This document shows positions 63,161-64,000 of a stretch of 64,000 nucleotides of DNA, one piece after another. Position numbers and translations under genes: made by a program. The notes beneath the pieces are model-generated. The model ran no database searches. It saw only the letters and a list, made by a program, of their open reading frames with translations, and was not told the DNA's origin. The number at the start of each line of letters is the position of its first letter. Position 1 is the stretch's first letter. The DNA is taken from contig CM068749.1 of assembly GCA_035084275.1 (NCBI GenBank), forward strand, positions 18,414,001 through 18,478,000. The letters are read 5' to 3'. Source of the DNA: Hydrolagus colliei. Lineage: Eukaryota.

Positions 63161-64000
63161 TAGTTAAACAAATAAACAGTTCATTTAAAAAATTAAAGCA
63201 AACAATATATTGCTATCCCCGGGTCTGAATGTTTCTTTAAAAAAAACGGAGTCTACCATCTGATACCCTATTAGACATGATTTTACTCTTCAGTAGGTTG
63301 TAAACAGAAAGCTTCAGGATTAGTTAGGCTCAAGGTCTTTGGAATCTTCTGGCATTTGCTCATTAGTGATTCTCCCTTTGACCTTCGTAATGTACTTACC
63401 CTCCATTTGTTCCTAAACATAATCAGCCCTACGTTCTAGTTCACAATGAAATATCCTTTCTATGTTTCAAAATTACACATAAGTAAAACGTTTTTATAAA
63501 ATAAAGTTATCAATATAACCACATATTGGTGCCATTGGTGGCACAGGTTTCAGCTGTAAAGATAATTGCAAAATGAGACATCTGCCTGTTTTGGGAAATT
63601 GTTATACATTGATCCGACATAGTTAAATTCAAAATCTGTGCCTAAAATGCAGTCAACTTCAAATATGGTAAATATCTACCACACATACATCATGTAAAAT
63701 ACCTCAACTCCATTAAAATATTTTTCATTTAATGAATTCAGGCTTTCTTGAACTATTCCGATTATGCTCAGATGAACAAATCTATGTAATAAACCTTAAC
63801 AGCAAGCATATAATACTGTATATGGGAATACATAGCTGAAGCAAATAATAATATACACTAATAGTAATAATCCTTGCATTTGATATAGCGCCTTGTCACG
63901 TTGTTGAAGACATCACAAAGCATTTCGCTTAACAAGAATGTGGTGGTGTGCTGTGAGAAGAATTTCAGCAACAAAATTACATTTGTATAGCGCCTTTCAC

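Noticed and set aside
63294-63334. Possible RPAP2 exon on + (cag|tag GT TGT AAA CAG AAA GCT...)
   Set aside because: The donor is weak and there is no convincing similarity to RPAP2.

Overview
This is vertebrate genomic DNA, most likely from a cartilaginous fish (inferred from the repeat content: L2 LINE 3' ends, a tRNA/Deu-type SINE and shark-like CR1 tails). It holds three complete multi-exon genes in the order known from human 1p22, all reconstructed by hand from splice sites and reading-frame phase. BTBD8, in its long form including KIAA1107/APache, lies on + (18 coding exons, 4926-44117, about 1886 aa). C1orf146/SPO16, a meiotic XPF-ERCC1-like factor, lies on + (5 coding exons, 48485-51991, 165 aa). 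GLMN/glomulin lies on - (18 coding exons, 61079-52845, about 590 aa, with one GC-AG intron). Each gene has a CpG-rich promoter-like region. Non-genic highlights are a ~1.4 kb G-rich hierarchical tandem array in SPO16 intron 1, an intact 281-bp hAT MITE with a perfect 8-bp TSD in the BTBD8 3' UTR, inverted L2 pairs flanking several BTBD8 exons, and a candidate alternative terminal exon that would split BTBD8 from APache. I found no evidence of a wholly new gene system. Almost all ORFs in the supplied track are spurious or partial exons.
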